31,682 nucleotides of DNA from Eledone cirrhosa (taxonomy: Eukaryota), in the NCBI GenBank assembly GCA_964016885.1, contig CAXHJY010001170.1, positions 1-31,682 on the forward strand, read 5' to 3'. Positions within the stretch are counted from its first letter, which is position 1. Every line of letters starts with the position of its first letter. A model generated the notes under the pieces. It searched no databases and was not told the DNA's origin. It was given only the letters and a program-made list of their open reading frames with translations. The translations under genes and the position numbers were made by a program. Shown here in pieces: positions 1-15,000 of the stretch.

Positions 1-3000
1 ACAGTACGAGAGAGTGAAAGAGTGTACAGTACGAGAGAGTGAAAGAGTGTACAGTACGAGAGAGTGAAAGAGTGTACAGTACGAGAGAGTGAAAGAGTGT
101 ACAGTACGCGAGAGTGTACAGTGCGAGAGAGTGAAAGAGTGTACAGTACGAGAGAGTGAGAGAGTGTACAGTACGCGAGAGTGTACAGTACGAGAGAGTG
201 AGAGAGTGTACAGTACGCGAGAGTGTACAGTACGAGAGAGTGAAAGAGTGTACAGTACGAGAGAGTGAAAGAGTGTACAGTACGAGAGAGTGAAAGAGTG
301 TACAGTACGAGAGAGTGAAAGAGTGTACAGTACGAGAGAGTGAAAGAGTGTACAGTACGAGAGAGTGAAAGAGTGTACAGTACGAGAGAGTGAGAGAGTG
401 TACAGTACGAGAGAGTGAGAGAGTGTACAGTACGAGAGAGTGAGAGAGTGTACAGTACGAGAGAGTGAAAGAGTGTACAGTACGAGAGAGTGAAAGAGTG
501 TACAGTACGAGAGAGTGAAAGAGTGTACAGTACGAGAGAGTGAAAGAGTGTACAGTACGAGAGAGTGAAAGAGTGTACAGTACGAGAGAGTGAGAGAGTG
601 TACAGTACGAGAGAGTGAGAGAGTGTACAGTACGAGAGAGTGAAAGAGTGTACAGTACGAGAGAGTGAAAGAGTGTACAGTACGAGAGAGTGAAAGAGTG
701 TACAGTACGAGAGAGTGAAAGAGTGTACAGTACGAGAGAGTGAAAGAGTGTACAGTACGAGAGAGTGAAAGAGTGTACAGTACGAGAGAGTGAAAGAGTG
801 TACAGTACGAGAGAGTGTACAGTACGAGAGAGTGAAAGAGTGTACAGTACGAGAGAGTGAAAGAGTGTACAGTACGAGAGAGTGAGAGAGTGTACAGTAC
901 GCGAGAGTGTACAGTACGAGAGAGTGAGAGAGTGTACAGTACGCGAGAGTGTACAGTACGCGAGAGTGTACAGTACGAGAGAGTGTACAGTACGAGAGAG
1001 TGAGAGAGTGTACAGTACGAGAGAGTGAGAGAGTGTACAGTACGAGAGAGTGAGAGAGTGTACAGTACGAGAGAGTGAGAGAGTGTACATTACGAGAGAG
1101 TAAAAGAGTGTACAGTACGAGAGAGTAAAAGAGTGTACAGTACGAGAGAGTGAAAGAGTGTACAGTACGAGAGAGTGAAAGAGTGTACAGTACGAGAGAG
1201 TGAAAGAGTGTACAGTACGAGAGAGTGAAAGAGTGTACAGTACGAGAGAGTGTACAGTACGAGAGAGTGAAAGAGTGTACAGTACGAGAGAGTGAAAGAG
1301 TGTACAGTACGAGAGAGTGAAAGAGTGTACAGTACGAGAGAGTGAAAGAGTGTACAGTACGAGAGAGTGAAAGAGTGTACAGTACGAGAGTGAGAGAGTG
1401 TACAGTACGAGAGAGTGAAAGAGTGTACAGTACGAGAGAGTGAAAGAGTGTACAGTACGAGAGAGTGAAAGAGTGTACAGTACGAGAGAGTGAAAGAGTG
1501 TACAGTACGAGAGAGTGTACAGTACGAGAGAGTGTACAGTACGAGAGAGTGAAAGAGTGTACAGTACGAGAGAGTGAAAGAGTGTACAGTACGAGAGAGT
1601 GAAAGAGTGTACAGTACGAGAGTGAAAGAGTGTACAGTACGAGAGAGTGAGAGAGTGTACAGTACGAGAGAGTGAGAGAGTGTACAGTACGAGAGAGTGA
1701 AAGAGTGTACAGTACGAGAGAGTGAAAGAGTGTACAGTACGAGAGAGTGAAAGAGTGTACAGTACGAGAGAGTGAAAGAGTGTACAGTACGAGAGAGTGA
1801 AAGAGTGTACAGTACGAGAGAGTGAAAGAGTGTACAGTACGAGAGAGTGAAAGAGTGTACAGTACGAGAGAGTGAAAGAGTGTACAGTACGAGAGAGTGT
1901 ACAGTACGAGAGAGTGAAAGAGTGTACAGTACGAGAGAGTGAGAGAGTGTACAGTACGAGAGAGTGAAAGAGTGTACAGTACGAGAGAGTGAAAGAGTGT
2001 ACAGTACGAGAGAGTGAAAGAGTGTACAGTACGAGAGAGTGAAAGAGTGTACAGTACGAGAGAGTGAGAGAGTGTACAGTACGCGAGAGTGTACAGTACG
2101 AGAGAGTGAGAGAGTGTACAGTACGCGAGAGTGTACAGTACGCGAGAGTGTACAGTACGCGAGAGTGTACAGTACGAGAGAGTGTACAGTACGAGAGAGT
2201 GAGAGAGTGTACAGTACGAGAGAGTGAGAGAGTGTACAGTACGAGAGAGTGAGAGAGTGTACAGTACGAGAGAGTGAGAGAGTGTACATTACGAGAGAGT
2301 AAAAGAGTGTACAGTACGAGAGAGTGAAAGAGTGTACAGTACGAGAGAGTGAAAGAGTGTACAGTACGAGAGAGTGAAAGAGTGTACAGTACGAGAGAGT
2401 GAAAGAGTGTACAGTACGAGAGAGTGAAAGAGTGTACAGTACGAGAGAGTGAAAGAGTGTACAGTACGAGAGAGTGTACAGTACGAGAGAGTGAAAGAGT
2501 GTACAGTACGAGAGAGTGAAAGAGTGTACAGTACGAGAGAGTGAAAGAGTGTACAGTACGAGAGAGTGAAAGAGTGTACAGTACGAGAGTGAGAGAGTGT
2601 ACAGTACGAGAGAGTGAAAGAGTGTACAGTACGAGAGAGTGAAAGAGTGTACAGTACGAGAGAGTGAAAGAGTGTACAGTACGAGAGAGTGAAAGAGTGT
2701 ACAGTACGAGAGAGTGAAAGAGTGTACAGTACGAGAGAGTGAAAGAGTGTACAGTACGAGAGAGTGAGAGAGTGTACAGTGCGAGAGAGTGAAAGAGTGT
2801 ACAGTGCGAGAGAGTGAAAGAGTGTACAGTACGAGAGAGTGAAAGAGTGTACAGTACGAGAGAGTGAAAGAGTGTACAGTACGAGAGAGTGAAAGAGTGT
2901 ACAGTACGAGAGAGTGAAAGAGTGTACAGTACGAGAGAGTGAAAGAGTGTACAGTACGAGAGAGTGAGAGAGTGTACAGTACGAGAGAGTGAGAGAGTGT

Positions 3001-6000
3001 AGAGTACGAGAGAGTGAAAGAGTGTAGAGTACGAGAGAGTGAAAGAGTGTAGAGTACGAGAGAGTGAAAGAGTGTAGAGTACGAGAGAGTGAAAGAGTGT
3101 AGAGTACGAGAGAGTGAAAGAGTGTACAGTACGAGAGAATGAAAGAGTGTACAGTACGAGAGAATGAAAGAGTGTACAGTACGAGAGAGTGAAAGAGTGT
3201 ACAGTACGAGAGAGTGAAAGAGTGTACAGTACGAGAGAGTGAAAGAGTGTACAGTACGAGAGAGTGAGAGAGTGTACAGTACGCGAGAGTGTACAGTACG
3301 AGAGAGTGAGAGAGTGTACAGTACGCGAGAGTGTACAGTACGAGAGAGTGAAAGAGTGTACAGTACGAGAGAGTGAAAGAGTGTACAGTACGAGAGAGTG
3401 AGAGAGTGTACAGTACGAGAGAGTGAAAGAGTGTACAGTACGAGAGAGTGAAAGAGTGTACAGTACGAGAGAGTGAGAGAGTGTACAGTACGAGAGAGTG
3501 AAAGAGTGTACAGTACGAGAGAGTGAAAGAGTGTACAGTGCGAGAGAGTGAAAGAGTGTACAGTACGAGAGAGTGAAAGAGTGTACAGTGCGAGAGAGTG
3601 AAAGAGTGTACAGTACGAGAGAGTGAAAGAGTGTACAGTACGAGAGAGTGAAAGAGTGTACAGTACGAGAGAGTGAAAGAGTGTACAGTACGAGAGAGTG
3701 AAAGAGTGTACAGTACGAGAGAGTGAAAGAGTGTACAGTACGAGAGAGTGAAAGAGTGTACAGTACGAGAGAGTGAAAGAGTGTACAGTACGAGAGAGTG
3801 ACAGAGTGTACAGTACGAGAGAGTGACAGAGTGTACAGTACGAGAGAGTGAAAGAGTGTACAGTACGAGAGAGTGAAAGAGTGTACAGTACGAGAGAGTG
3901 AGAGAGTGTACAGTACGAGAGAGTGAAAGAATGTACAGTACGAGAGAGTGAAAGAGTGTACAGTACGAGAGAGTGAGAGAGTGTACATTACGAGAGAGTG
4001 AGAGAGTGTACAGTACGAGAGAGTGAAAGAGTGTACAGTACGAGAGAGTGAAAGAGTGTACAGTACGAGAGAGTGAAAGAGTGTACAGTACGAGAGAGTG
4101 AAAGAGTGTACAATACGAGAGAGTGTACAGTACGAGAGAGTGAAAGAGTGTACAGTACGAGAGAGTGAGAGAGTGTACAGTACGAGAGAGTGAAAGAGTG
4201 TACAGTACGAGAGAGTGAAAGAGTGTACAGTACGAGAGAGTGAAAGAGTGTACAGTATGAGAGAGTGTACAGTACGAGAGAGTGAGAGAGTGTACAGTAC
4301 GAGAGAGTGAAAGAGTGTACAGTACGAGAGAGTGAAAGAGTGTACAGTACGAGAGAGTGAAAGAGTGTACAGTACGAGAGAGTGAAAGAGTGTACAGTAC
4401 GAGAGAGTGAAAGAGTGTACAGTACGAGAGAGTGAAAGAGTGTACAGTACGAGAGAGTGAAAGAGTGTACAGTACGAGAGAGTGAAAGAGTGTACAGTGC
4501 GAGAGAGTGAGAGAGTGTACAGTGCGAGAGAGTGAGAGAGTGTACAGTGCGAGAGAGTGAGAGAGTGTACAGTGCGAGAGAGTGAAAGAGTGTACAGTAC
4601 GAGAGAGTGAGAGAGTGTACAGTGCGGGAGAGTGAGAGAGTGTACAGTGCGGGAGAGTGAGAGAGTTTACAGTGCGGGAGAGTGAGAGAGTGTACAGTGC
4701 GAGAGAGTGAGAGAGTGTACAGTGCGAGAGAGTGAGAGAGTGTACAGTGCGAGAGAGTGAGAGAGTGTACAGTACGAGAGAGTGAAAGAGTGTACAGTAC
4801 GAGAGAGTGAAAGAGTGTACAGTACGAGAGAGTGAAAGAGTGTACAGTACGAGAGAGTGAAAGAGTGTACAGTACGAGAGAGTGAAAGAGTGTACAGTAC
4901 GAGAGAGTGAAAGAGTGTACAGTACGAGAGAGTGAAAGAGTGTACAGAGTGAGAGAGTGTAAGTACGAGAGAGTGAAAGAGTGTAGAGTACGAGAGAGTG
5001 AAAGAGTGTACAGTGTGAGAGAATGTAGAGTACGAGAGAGTGAAAGAGTGTATAGTACGAGAGAGTGAGAGAGTGTACAGTACGAGAGAGTGAAAGAGTG
5101 TACAGTACGAGAGAGTGAAAGAGTGTACAGTACGAGAGAGTGAAAGAGTGTACAGTACGAGAGAGTGAAAGAGTGTACAGTACGAGAGAGTGTACAGTAC
5201 GCGAGAGTGAGAGAGTGTACAGTACGAGAGAGTGAAAGAATGTACAGTACGAGAGAGTGAAAGAGTGTACAGTACGAGAGAGTGACAGTGTACAGTACCA
5301 GAGAGTGACAGTGTACAGTACGAGAGAGTGAAAGAGTGTACAGTACGAGAGAGTGAAAGAGTGTACAGTACGAGAGAGTGAAAGAATGTACAGTACGAGA
5401 GAGTGAAAGAGTGTACAGTACGAGAGAGTGAGAGAGTGTACAGTACGAGAGAGTGAAAGAATGTACAGTACGAGAGAGTGAGAGAGTGTACAGTACGAGA
5501 GAGTGAAAGAGTGTACAGTACGAGAGAGTGAGAGAGTGTACAGTACGAGAGAGTGAGAGAGTGTACAGTACGAGAGAGTGAGAGAGTGTACAGTACGAGA
5601 GAGTGAAAGAGTGTACAGTACGAGAGAGTGAAAGAGTGTACAGTACGAGAGAGTGAGAGAGTGTACAGTACGAGAGAGTGAGAGAGTGTACAGTACGAGA
5701 GAGTGAAAGAGTGTACAGTACGAGAGAGTGAAAGAGTGTACAGTACGAGAGAGTGAAAGAGTGTACAGTACGAGAGTGAAAGAGTGTACAGTACGAGAGA
5801 GTGAGAGAGTGTACAGTACGAGAGAGTGAGAGAGTGTACAGTACGAGAGAGTGAGAGAGTGTACAGTACGAGAGAGTGAGAGAGTGTACAGTACGAGAGA
5901 GTGAAAGAGTGTACAGTACGAGAGAGTGAAAGAGTGTACAGTACGAGAGAGTGAAAGAGTGTACAGTACGAGAGAGTGAAAGAGTGTACAGTACGAGAGT

Positions 6001-9000
6001 GAAAGAGTGTACAGTACGAGAGAGTGAGAGAGTGTACAGTACGAGAGAGTGAAAGGGTGTACAGTACGAGAGAGTGAAAGAGTGTACAGTACGAGAGAGT
6101 GAAAGAGTGTACAGTACGAGAGAGTGAAAGAGTGTACAGTACGAGAGAGTGAAAGAGTGTACAGTACGAGAGAGTGAAAGAGTGTACAGTACGAGAGAGT
6201 GAAAGAGTGTACAGTACGAGAGAGTGAAAGAGTGTACAGTACGAGAGAGTGAAAGAGTGTACAGTACGAGAGAGTGAAAGAGTGTACAGTACGAGAGAGT
6301 GAAAGAGTGTACAGTACGAGAGAGTGACAGAGTGTACAGTACGAGAGAGTGACAGAGTGTACAGTACGAGAGAGTGAAAGAGTGTACAGTACGAGAGAGT
6401 GAAAGAGTGTACAGTACGAGAGAGTGAGAGAGTGTACAGTACGAGAGAGTGAAAGAATGTACAGTACGAGAGAGTGAAAGAGTGTACAGTACGAGAGAGT
6501 GAGAGAGTGTACATTACGAGAGAGTGAGAGAGTGTACAGTACGAGAGAGTGAAAGAGTGTACAGTACGAGAGAGTGAAAGAGTGTACAGTACGAGAGAGT
6601 GAAAGAGTGTACAATACGAGAGAGTGTACAGTACGAGAGAGTGAAAGAGTGTACAGTACGAGAGAGTGAGAGAGTGTACAGTACGAGAGAGTGAAAGAGT
6701 GTACAGTACGAGAGAGTGAAAGAGTGTACAGTATGAGAGAGTGTACAGTACGAGAGAGTGAGAGAGTGTACAGTACGAGAGAGTGAAAGAGTGTACAGTA
6801 CGAGAGAGTGAAAGAGTGTACAGTACGAGAGAGTGAAAGAGTGTACAGTACGAGAGAGTGAAAGAGTGTACAGTACGAGAGAGTGAAAGAGTGTACAGTA
6901 CGAGAGAGTGAAAGAGTGTACAGTACGAGAGAGTGAAAGAGTGTACAGTACGAGAGAGTGAAAGAGTGTACAGTGCGAGAGAGTGAGAGAGTGTACAGTG
7001 CGAGAGAGTGAGAGAGTGTACAGTGCGAGAGAGTGAGAGAGTGTACAGTGCGAGAGAGTGAAAGAGTGTACAGTACGAGAGAGTGAGAGAGTGTACAGTG
7101 CGGGAGAGTGAGAGAGTGTACAGTGCGGGAGAGTGAGAGAGTTTACAGTGCGGGAGAGTGAGAGAGTGTACAGTGCGGGAGAGTGAGAGAGTGTACAGTG
7201 CGAGAGAGTGAGAGAGTGTACAGTGCGAGAGAGTGAGAGAGTGTACAGTACGAGAGAGTGAAAGAGTGTACAGTACGAGAGAGTGAAAGAGTGTACAGTA
7301 CGAGAGAGTGAAAGAGTGTACAGTACGAGAGAGTGAAAGAGTGTACAGTACGAGAGAGTGAAAGAGTGTACAGTACGAGAGAGTGAAAGAGTGTACAGTA
7401 CGAGAGAGTGAAAGAGTGTACAGTACGAGAGAGTGAAAGAGTGTACAGAGTGAGAGAGTGTAAGTACGAGAGAGTGAAAGAGTGTAGAGTACGAGAGAGT
7501 GAAAGAGTGTACAGTGTGAGAGAATGTAGAGTACGAGAGAGTGAAAGAGTGTATAGTACGAGAGAGTGAGAGAGTGTACAGTACGAGAGAGTGAAAGAGT
7601 GTACAGTACGAGAGAGTGAAAGAGTGTACAGTACGAGAGAGTGAAAGAGTGTACAGTACGAGAGAGTGTACAGTACGCGAGAGTGAGAGAGTGTACAGTA
7701 CGAGAGAGTGAAAGAATGTACAGTACGAGAGAGTGAAAGAGTGTACAGTACGAGAGAGTGACAGTGTACAGTACCAGAGAGTGACAGTGTACAGTACGAG
7801 AGAGTGAAAGAGTGTACAGTACGAGAGAGTGAAAGAGTGTACAGTACGAGAGAGTGAAAGAATGTACAGTACGAGAGAGTGAAAGAGTGTACAGTACGAG
7901 AGAGTGAGAGAGTGTACAGTACGAGAGAGTGAAAGAATGTACAGTACGAGAGAGTGAGAGAGTGTACAGTACGAGAGAGTGAAAGAGTGTACAGTACGAG
8001 AGAGTGAGAGAGTGTACAGTACGAGAGAGTGAGAGAGTGTACAGTACGAGAGAGTGAGAGAGTGTACAGTACGAGAGAGTGAAAGAGTGTACAGTACGAG
8101 AGAGTGAAAGAGTGTACAGTACGAGAGAGTGAGAGAGTGTACAGTACGAGAGAGTGAGAGAGTGTACAGTACGAGAGAGTGAAAGAGTGTACAGTACGAG
8201 AGAGTGAAAGAGTGTACAGTACGAGAGAGTGAAAGAGTGTACAGTACGAGAGTGAAAGAGTGTACAGTACGAGAGAGTGAGAGAGTGTACAGTACGAGAG
8301 AGTGAGAGAGTGTACAGTACGAGAGAGTGAGAGAGTGTACAGTACGAGAGAGTGAGAGAGTGTACAGTACGAGAGAGTGAAAGAGTGTACAGTACGAGAG
8401 AGTGAAAGAGTGTACAGTACGAGAGAGTGAAAGAGTGTACAGTACGAGAGAGTGAAAGAGTGTACAGTACGAGAGTGAAAGAGTGTACAGTACGAGAGAG
8501 TGAGAGAGTGTACAGTACGAGAGAGTGAAAGGGTGTACAGTACGAGAGAGTGAAAGAGTGTACAGTACGAGAGAGTGAAAGAGTGTACAGTACGAGAGAG
8601 TGAAAGAGTGTACAGTACGAGAGAGTGAAAGAGTGTACAGTACGAGAGAGTGAAAGAGTGTACAGTACGAGAGAGTGAAAGAGTGTACAGTACGAGAGAG
8701 TGTACAGTACGAGAGAGTGAAAGAGTGTACAGTACGAGAGAGTGAAAGAGTGTACAGTACGAGAGAGTGAGAGAGTGAAAGAGTGTACAGTACGAGAGAG
8801 TGAAAGAGTGTACAGTACGCGAGAGTGTACAGTACGAGAGAGTGAGAGAGTGTACAGTACGCGAGAGTGTACAGTACGCGAGAGTGTACAGTACGAGAGA
8901 GTGTACAGTACGAGAGAGTGAGAGAGTGTACAGTACGAGAGAGTGAGAGAGTGTACAGTACGAGAGAGTGAGAGAGTGTACAGTACGAGAGAGTGAAAGA

Positions 9001-12000
9001 GTGTACAGTACGAGAGAGTGAAAGAGTGTACAGTACGAGAGAGTGAAAGAGTGTACAGTACGAGAGAGTGAAAGAGTGTACAGTACGAGAGAGTGAAAGA
9101 GTGTACAGTACGAGAGAGTGAAAGAGTGTACAGTACGAGAGAGTGTAGAGTACGAGAGAGTGAAAGAGTGTACAGTACGAGAGAGTGAAAGAGTGTACAG
9201 TACGAGAGAGTGAAAGAGTGTACAGTACGAGAGAGTGAAAGAGTGTACAGTACGAGAGAGTGAAAGAGTGTACAGTACGAGAGAGTGAAAGAGTGTACAG
9301 TACGAGAGAGTGTACAGTACGAGAGAGTGTACAGTACGAGAGAGTGAGAGAGTGTACAGTACGAGAGAGTGAAAGAGTGTACAGTACGAGAGAGTGAAAG
9401 AGTGTACAGTACGAGAGAGTGAAAGAGTGTACAGTACGAGAGAGTGAAAGAGTGTACAGTACGAGAGAGTGAAAGAGTGTACAGTACGAGAGAGTGTACA
9501 GTACGCGAGAGTGTACAGTGCGAGAGAGTGAAAGAGTGTACAGTACGAGAGAGTGAGAGAGTGTACAGTACGAGAGAGTGAGAGAGTGTACAGTACGCGA
9601 GAGTGTACAGTACGAGAGAGTGAAAGAGTGTACAGTACGAGAGAGTGAAAGAGTGTACAGTACGAGAGAGTGAAAGAGTGTACAGTACGAGAGAGTGAAA
9701 GAGTGTACAGTACGAGAGAGTGAAAGAGTGTACAGTACGAGAGAGTGAAAGAGTGTACAGTACGAGAGAGTGAGAGAGTGTACAGTACGAGAGAGTGAAA
9801 GAGTGTACAGTACGAGAGAGTGAAAGAGTGTACAGTACGAGAGAGTGAAAGAATGTACAGTACGAGAGAGTGAAAGAGTGTACAGTACGAGAGAGTGAAA
9901 GAGTGTACAGTACGAGAGAGTGAAAGAGTGTACAGTACGAGAGAGTGAAAGAGTGTACAGTACGAGAGAGTGAGAGAGTGTACAGTACGAGAGAGTGAGA
10001 GAGTGTACAGTACGAGAGAGTGAAAGAGTGTACAGTACGAGAGAGTGAAAGAGTGTACAGTACGAGAGAGTGAAAGAGTGTACAGTACGAGAGAGTGAAA
10101 GGGTGTACAGTACGAGAGAGTGAAAGGGTGTACAGTACGAGAGAGTGAAAGAGTGTACAGTACGAGAGAGTGAAAGAGTGTACAGTACGAGAGAGTGAAA
10201 GAGTGTACAGTACGAGAGAGTGAAAGAGTGTACAGTACGAGAGAGTGAAAGAGTGTACAGTACGAGAGAGTGAAAGAGTGTACAGTACGAGAGAGTGAGA
10301 GAGTGTACAGTACGCGAGAGTGTACAGTACGAGAGAGTGAGAGAGTGTACAGTACGCGAGAGTGTACAGTACGAGAGAGTGAAAGAGTGTACAGTACGAG
10401 AGAGTGAAAGAGTGTACAGTACGAGAGAGTGAGAGAGTGTACAGTACGAGAGAGTGAAAGAGTGTACAGTACGAGAGAGTGAAAGAGTGTACAGTACGAG
10501 AGAGTGAGAGAGTGTACAGTACGAGAGAGTGAAAGAGTGTACAGTACGAGAGAGTGAAAGAGTGTACAGTACGAGAGAGTGAAAGAGTGTACAGTACGAG
10601 AGAGTGAAAGAGTGTACAGTGCGAGAGAGTGAAAGAGTGTACAGTACGAGAGAGTGAAAGAGTGTACAGTACGAGAGAGTGAAAGAGTGTACAGTACGAG
10701 AGAGTGAAAGAGTGTACAGTACGAGAGAGTGAAAGAGTGTACAGTACGAGAGAGTGTACAGTACGCGAGAGTGAGAGTGTACAATACGAGAGAGTGAAAG
10801 AATGTACAGTACGAGAGAGTGAAAGAGTGTACAGTACGAGAGAGTGAAAGAGTGTACAGTACGAGAGAGTGACAGAGTGTACAGTACGAGAGAGTGAAAG
10901 AGTGTACAGTACGAGAGAGTGAAAGAGTGTACAGTACGAGAGAGTGAAAGAGTGTACAGTACGAGAGAGTGAAAGAATGTACAGTACGAGAGAGTGAAAG
11001 AGTGTACATTACGAGAGAGTGAAAGAGTGTACAGTACGAGAGAGTGAGAGAGTGTACAGTACGAGAGAGTGAAAGAGTGTACAGTACGAGAGAGTGAAAG
11101 AGTGTACAGTACGAGAGAGTGAAAGAGTGTACAATACGAGAGAGTGTACAGTACGAGAGAGTGAAAGAGTGTACAGTACGAGAGAGTGAGAGAGTGTACA
11201 GTACGAGAGAGTGAAAGAGTGTACAGTACGAGAGAGTGAAAGAGTGTACAGTATGAGAGAGTGTACAGTACGAGAGAGTGAGAGAGTGTACAGTACGAGA
11301 GAGTGAAAGAGTGTACAGTACGAGAGAGTGAAAGAGTGTACAGTACGAGAGAGTGAAAGAGTGTACAGTACGAGAGAGTGAAAGAGTGTACAGTACGAGA
11401 GAGTGAAAGAGTGTACAGTACGAGAGAGTGAAAGAGTGTACAGTGTGAGAGAGTGTACAGTACGAGAGAGTGAAAGAGTGTACAGTACGAGAGAGTGAAA
11501 GAGTGTACAGTGCGAGAGAGTGAGAGAGTGTACAGTGCGAGAGAGTGAGAGAGTGTACAGTGCGAGAGAGTGAAAGAGTGTACAGTGCGAGAGAGTGAAA
11601 GAGTGTACAGTGCGAGAGAGTGAAAGAGTGTACAGTGCGAGAGAGTGAGAGAGTGTACAGTGCGGGAGAGTGAGAGAGTGTACAGTGCGGGAGAGTGAGA
11701 GAGTGTACAGTGCGGGAGAGTGAGAGAGTGTACAGTGCGAGAGAGTGAGAGAGTGTACAGTGCGAGAGAGTGAGAGAGTGTACAGTACGAGAGAGTGAAA
11801 GAGTGTACAGTACGAGAGAGTGAAAGAGTGTACAGTACGAGAGAGTGAAAGAGTGTACAGAGTGAGAGAGTGAAAGAGTGTACAGAGTGAGAGAGTGAAA
11901 GAGTGTACAGAGTGAGAGAGTGAAAGAGTGTACAGAGTGAGAGAGTGTAAGTACGAGAGAGTGAAAGAGTGTACAGTGTGAGAGAATGTATAGTACGAGA

Positions 12001-15000
12001 GAGTGAGAGAGTGTACAGTACGAGAGAGTGAAAGAGTGTACAGTACGAGAGAGTGAAAGAGTGTACAGTACGAGAGAGTGAAAGAGTGTACAGTACGAGA
12101 GAGTGTACAGTACGCGAGAGTGAGAGAGTGTACAGTACGAGAGAGTGAAAGAATGTACAGTACGAGAGAGTGAAAGAGTGTACAGTACGAGAGAGTGACA
12201 GTGTACAGTACCAGAGAGTGACAGTGTACAGTACGAGAGAGTGAAAGAGTGTACAGTACGAGAGAGTGAAAGAGTGTACAGTACGAGAGAGTGAAAGAAT
12301 GTACAGTACGAGAGAGTGAAAGAGTGTACAGTACGAGAGAGTGAGAGAGTGTACAGTACGAGAGAGTGAAAGAATGTACAGTACGAGAGAGTGAGAGAGT
12401 GTACAGTACGAGAGAGTGAAAGAGTGTACAGTACGAGAGAGTGAGAGAGTGTACAGTACGAGAGAGTGAGAGAGTGTACAGTACGAGAGAGTGAGAGAGT
12501 GTACAGTACGAGAGAGTGAAAGAGTGTACAGTACGAGAGAGTGAAAGAGTGTACAGTACGAGAGAGTGAAAGAGTGTACAGTACGAGAGAGTGAAAGAGT
12601 GTACAGTACGAGAGAGTGAAAGAGTGTACAGTACGAGAGAGTGAAAGAGTGTACAGTACGAGAGAGTGAGAGAGTGTACAGTACGAGAGAGTGAAAGAGT
12701 GTACAGTACGAGAGAGTGAAAGAGTGTACAGTACGAGAGAGTGAAAGAGTGTACAGTACGAGAGAGTGAAAGAGTGTACAGTACGAGAGAGTGAAAGAGT
12801 GTACAGTACGAGAGTGAAAGAGTGTACAGTACGAGAGAGTGAGAGAGTGTACAGTACGAGAGAGTGAGAGAGTGTACAGTACGAGAGAGTGTACAGTACG
12901 AGAGAGTGAGAGAGTGTACAGTACGCGAGAGTGAAAGAGTGTACAGTACGAGAGTGAGAGAGTGTACAGTACGAGAGAGTGAAAGAGTGTACAGTACGAG
13001 AGAGTGAAAGAGTGTACAGTACGAGAGAGTGAAAGAGTGTACAGTACGAGAGAGTGAAAGAGTGTACAGTACGAGAGTGAAAGAGTGTACAGTACGAGAG
13101 AGTGAGAGAGTGTACAGTACGAGAGAGTGAGAGAGTGTACAGTACGAGAGAGTGAGAGAGTGTACAGTACGAGAGAGTGTACAGTACGAGAGAGTGAGAG
13201 AGTGTACAGTACGCGAGAGTGTACAGTACGAGAGAGTGAAAGAGTGTACAGTACGAGAGAGTGAAAGAGTGTACAGTACGAGAGAGTGAGAGAGTGTACA
13301 GTACGAGAGAGTGAAAGAGTGTACAGTACGAGAGAGTGAAAGAGTGTACAGTACGAGAGAGTGAAAGAGTGTACAGTACGAGAGAGTGAGAGAGTGTACA
13401 GTACGAGAGAGTGAAAGAGTGTACAGTACGAGAGAGTGAAAGAGTGTACAGTACGAGAGAGTGAAAGAGTGTACAGTACGAGAGAGTGAAAGAGTGTACA
13501 GTACGAGAGAGTGAAAGAGTGTACAGTACGAGAGAGTGAAAGAGTGTACAGTACGAGAGTGAAAGAGTGTACAGTACGAGAGAGTGAGAGAGTGTACAGT
13601 ACGAGAGAGTGAGAGAGTGTACAGTACGAGAGAGTGAAAGAGTGTACAGTACGAGAGAGTGAAAGAGTGTACAGTACGAGAGAGTGAAAGAGTGTACAGT
13701 ACGAGAGAGTGAGAGAGTGTACAGTACGAGAGAGTGAAAGAGTGTACAGTACGAGAGAGTGAGAGAGTGTACAGTACGAGAGAGTGAAAGAGTGTACAGT
13801 ACGAGAGAGTGAAAGAGTGTACAGTACGAGAGAGTGAAAGAGTGTACAGTACGAGAGAGTGAAAGAGTGTACAGTACGAGAGAGTGAAAGAGTGTACAGT
13901 ACGAGAGAGTGAAAGAGTGTACAGTACGAGAGAGTGAAAGAGTGTACAGTACGAGAGAGTGAGAGAGTGTACAGTACGCGAGAGTGTACAGTACGAGAGA
14001 GTGAGAGAGTGTACAGTACGCGAGAGTGTACAGTACGAGAGAGTGTACAGTACGAGAGAGTGAGAGAGCGTACAGTACGAGAGAGTGAGAGAGTGTACAG
14101 TACGAGAGAGTGAGAGAGTGTACAGTACGAGAGAGTGAGAGAGTGTACAGTACGAGAGAGTGAGAGAGTGTACATTACGAGAGAGTAAAAGAGTGTACAG
14201 TACGAGAGAGTGAAAGAGTGTACAGTACGAGAGAGTGAAAGAGTGTACAGTACGAGAGAGTGAAAGAGTGTACAGTACGAGAGAGTGAAAGAGTGTACAG
14301 TACGAGAGAGTGAAAGAGTGTACAGTACGAGAGAGTGTACAGTACGAGAGAGTGAAAGAGTGTACAATACGAGAGAGTGTACAGTACGAGAGAGTGAAAG
14401 AGTGTACAGTACGAGAGAGTGAGAGAGTGTACAGTACGAGAGAGTGAGAGAGTGTACAGTACGAGAGAGTGAGAGAGTGTACAGTACGAGAGAGTGAAAG
14501 AGTGTACAGTACGAGAGAGTGAAAGAGTGTACAGTACGAGAGAGTGAAAGAGTGTACAGTACGAGAGAGTGAAAGAGTGTACAGTACGAGAGAGTGAAAG
14601 AGTGTACAGTACGAGAGAGTGAAAGAGTGTACAGTACGAGAGTGAGAGAGTGTACAGTACGAGAGAGTGAAAGAGTGTACAGTACGAGAGAGTGAAAGAG
14701 TGTACAGTACGAGAGAGTGAAAGAGTGTACAGTACGAGAGAGTGAAAGAGTGTACAGTACGAGAGAGTGTACAGTACGAGAGAGTGTACAGTACGAGAGA
14801 GTGAGAGAGTGTACAGTACGAGAGAGTGAAAGAGTGTACAGTACGAGAGAGTGAAAGAGTGTACAGTACGAGAGAGTGAAAGAGTGTACAGTACGAGAGA
14901 GTGAAAGAGTGTACAGTACGAGAGAGTGAAAGAGTGTACAGTACGAGAGAGTGAGAGAGTGTACAGTACGCGAGAGTGTACAGTGCGAGAGAGTGAAAGA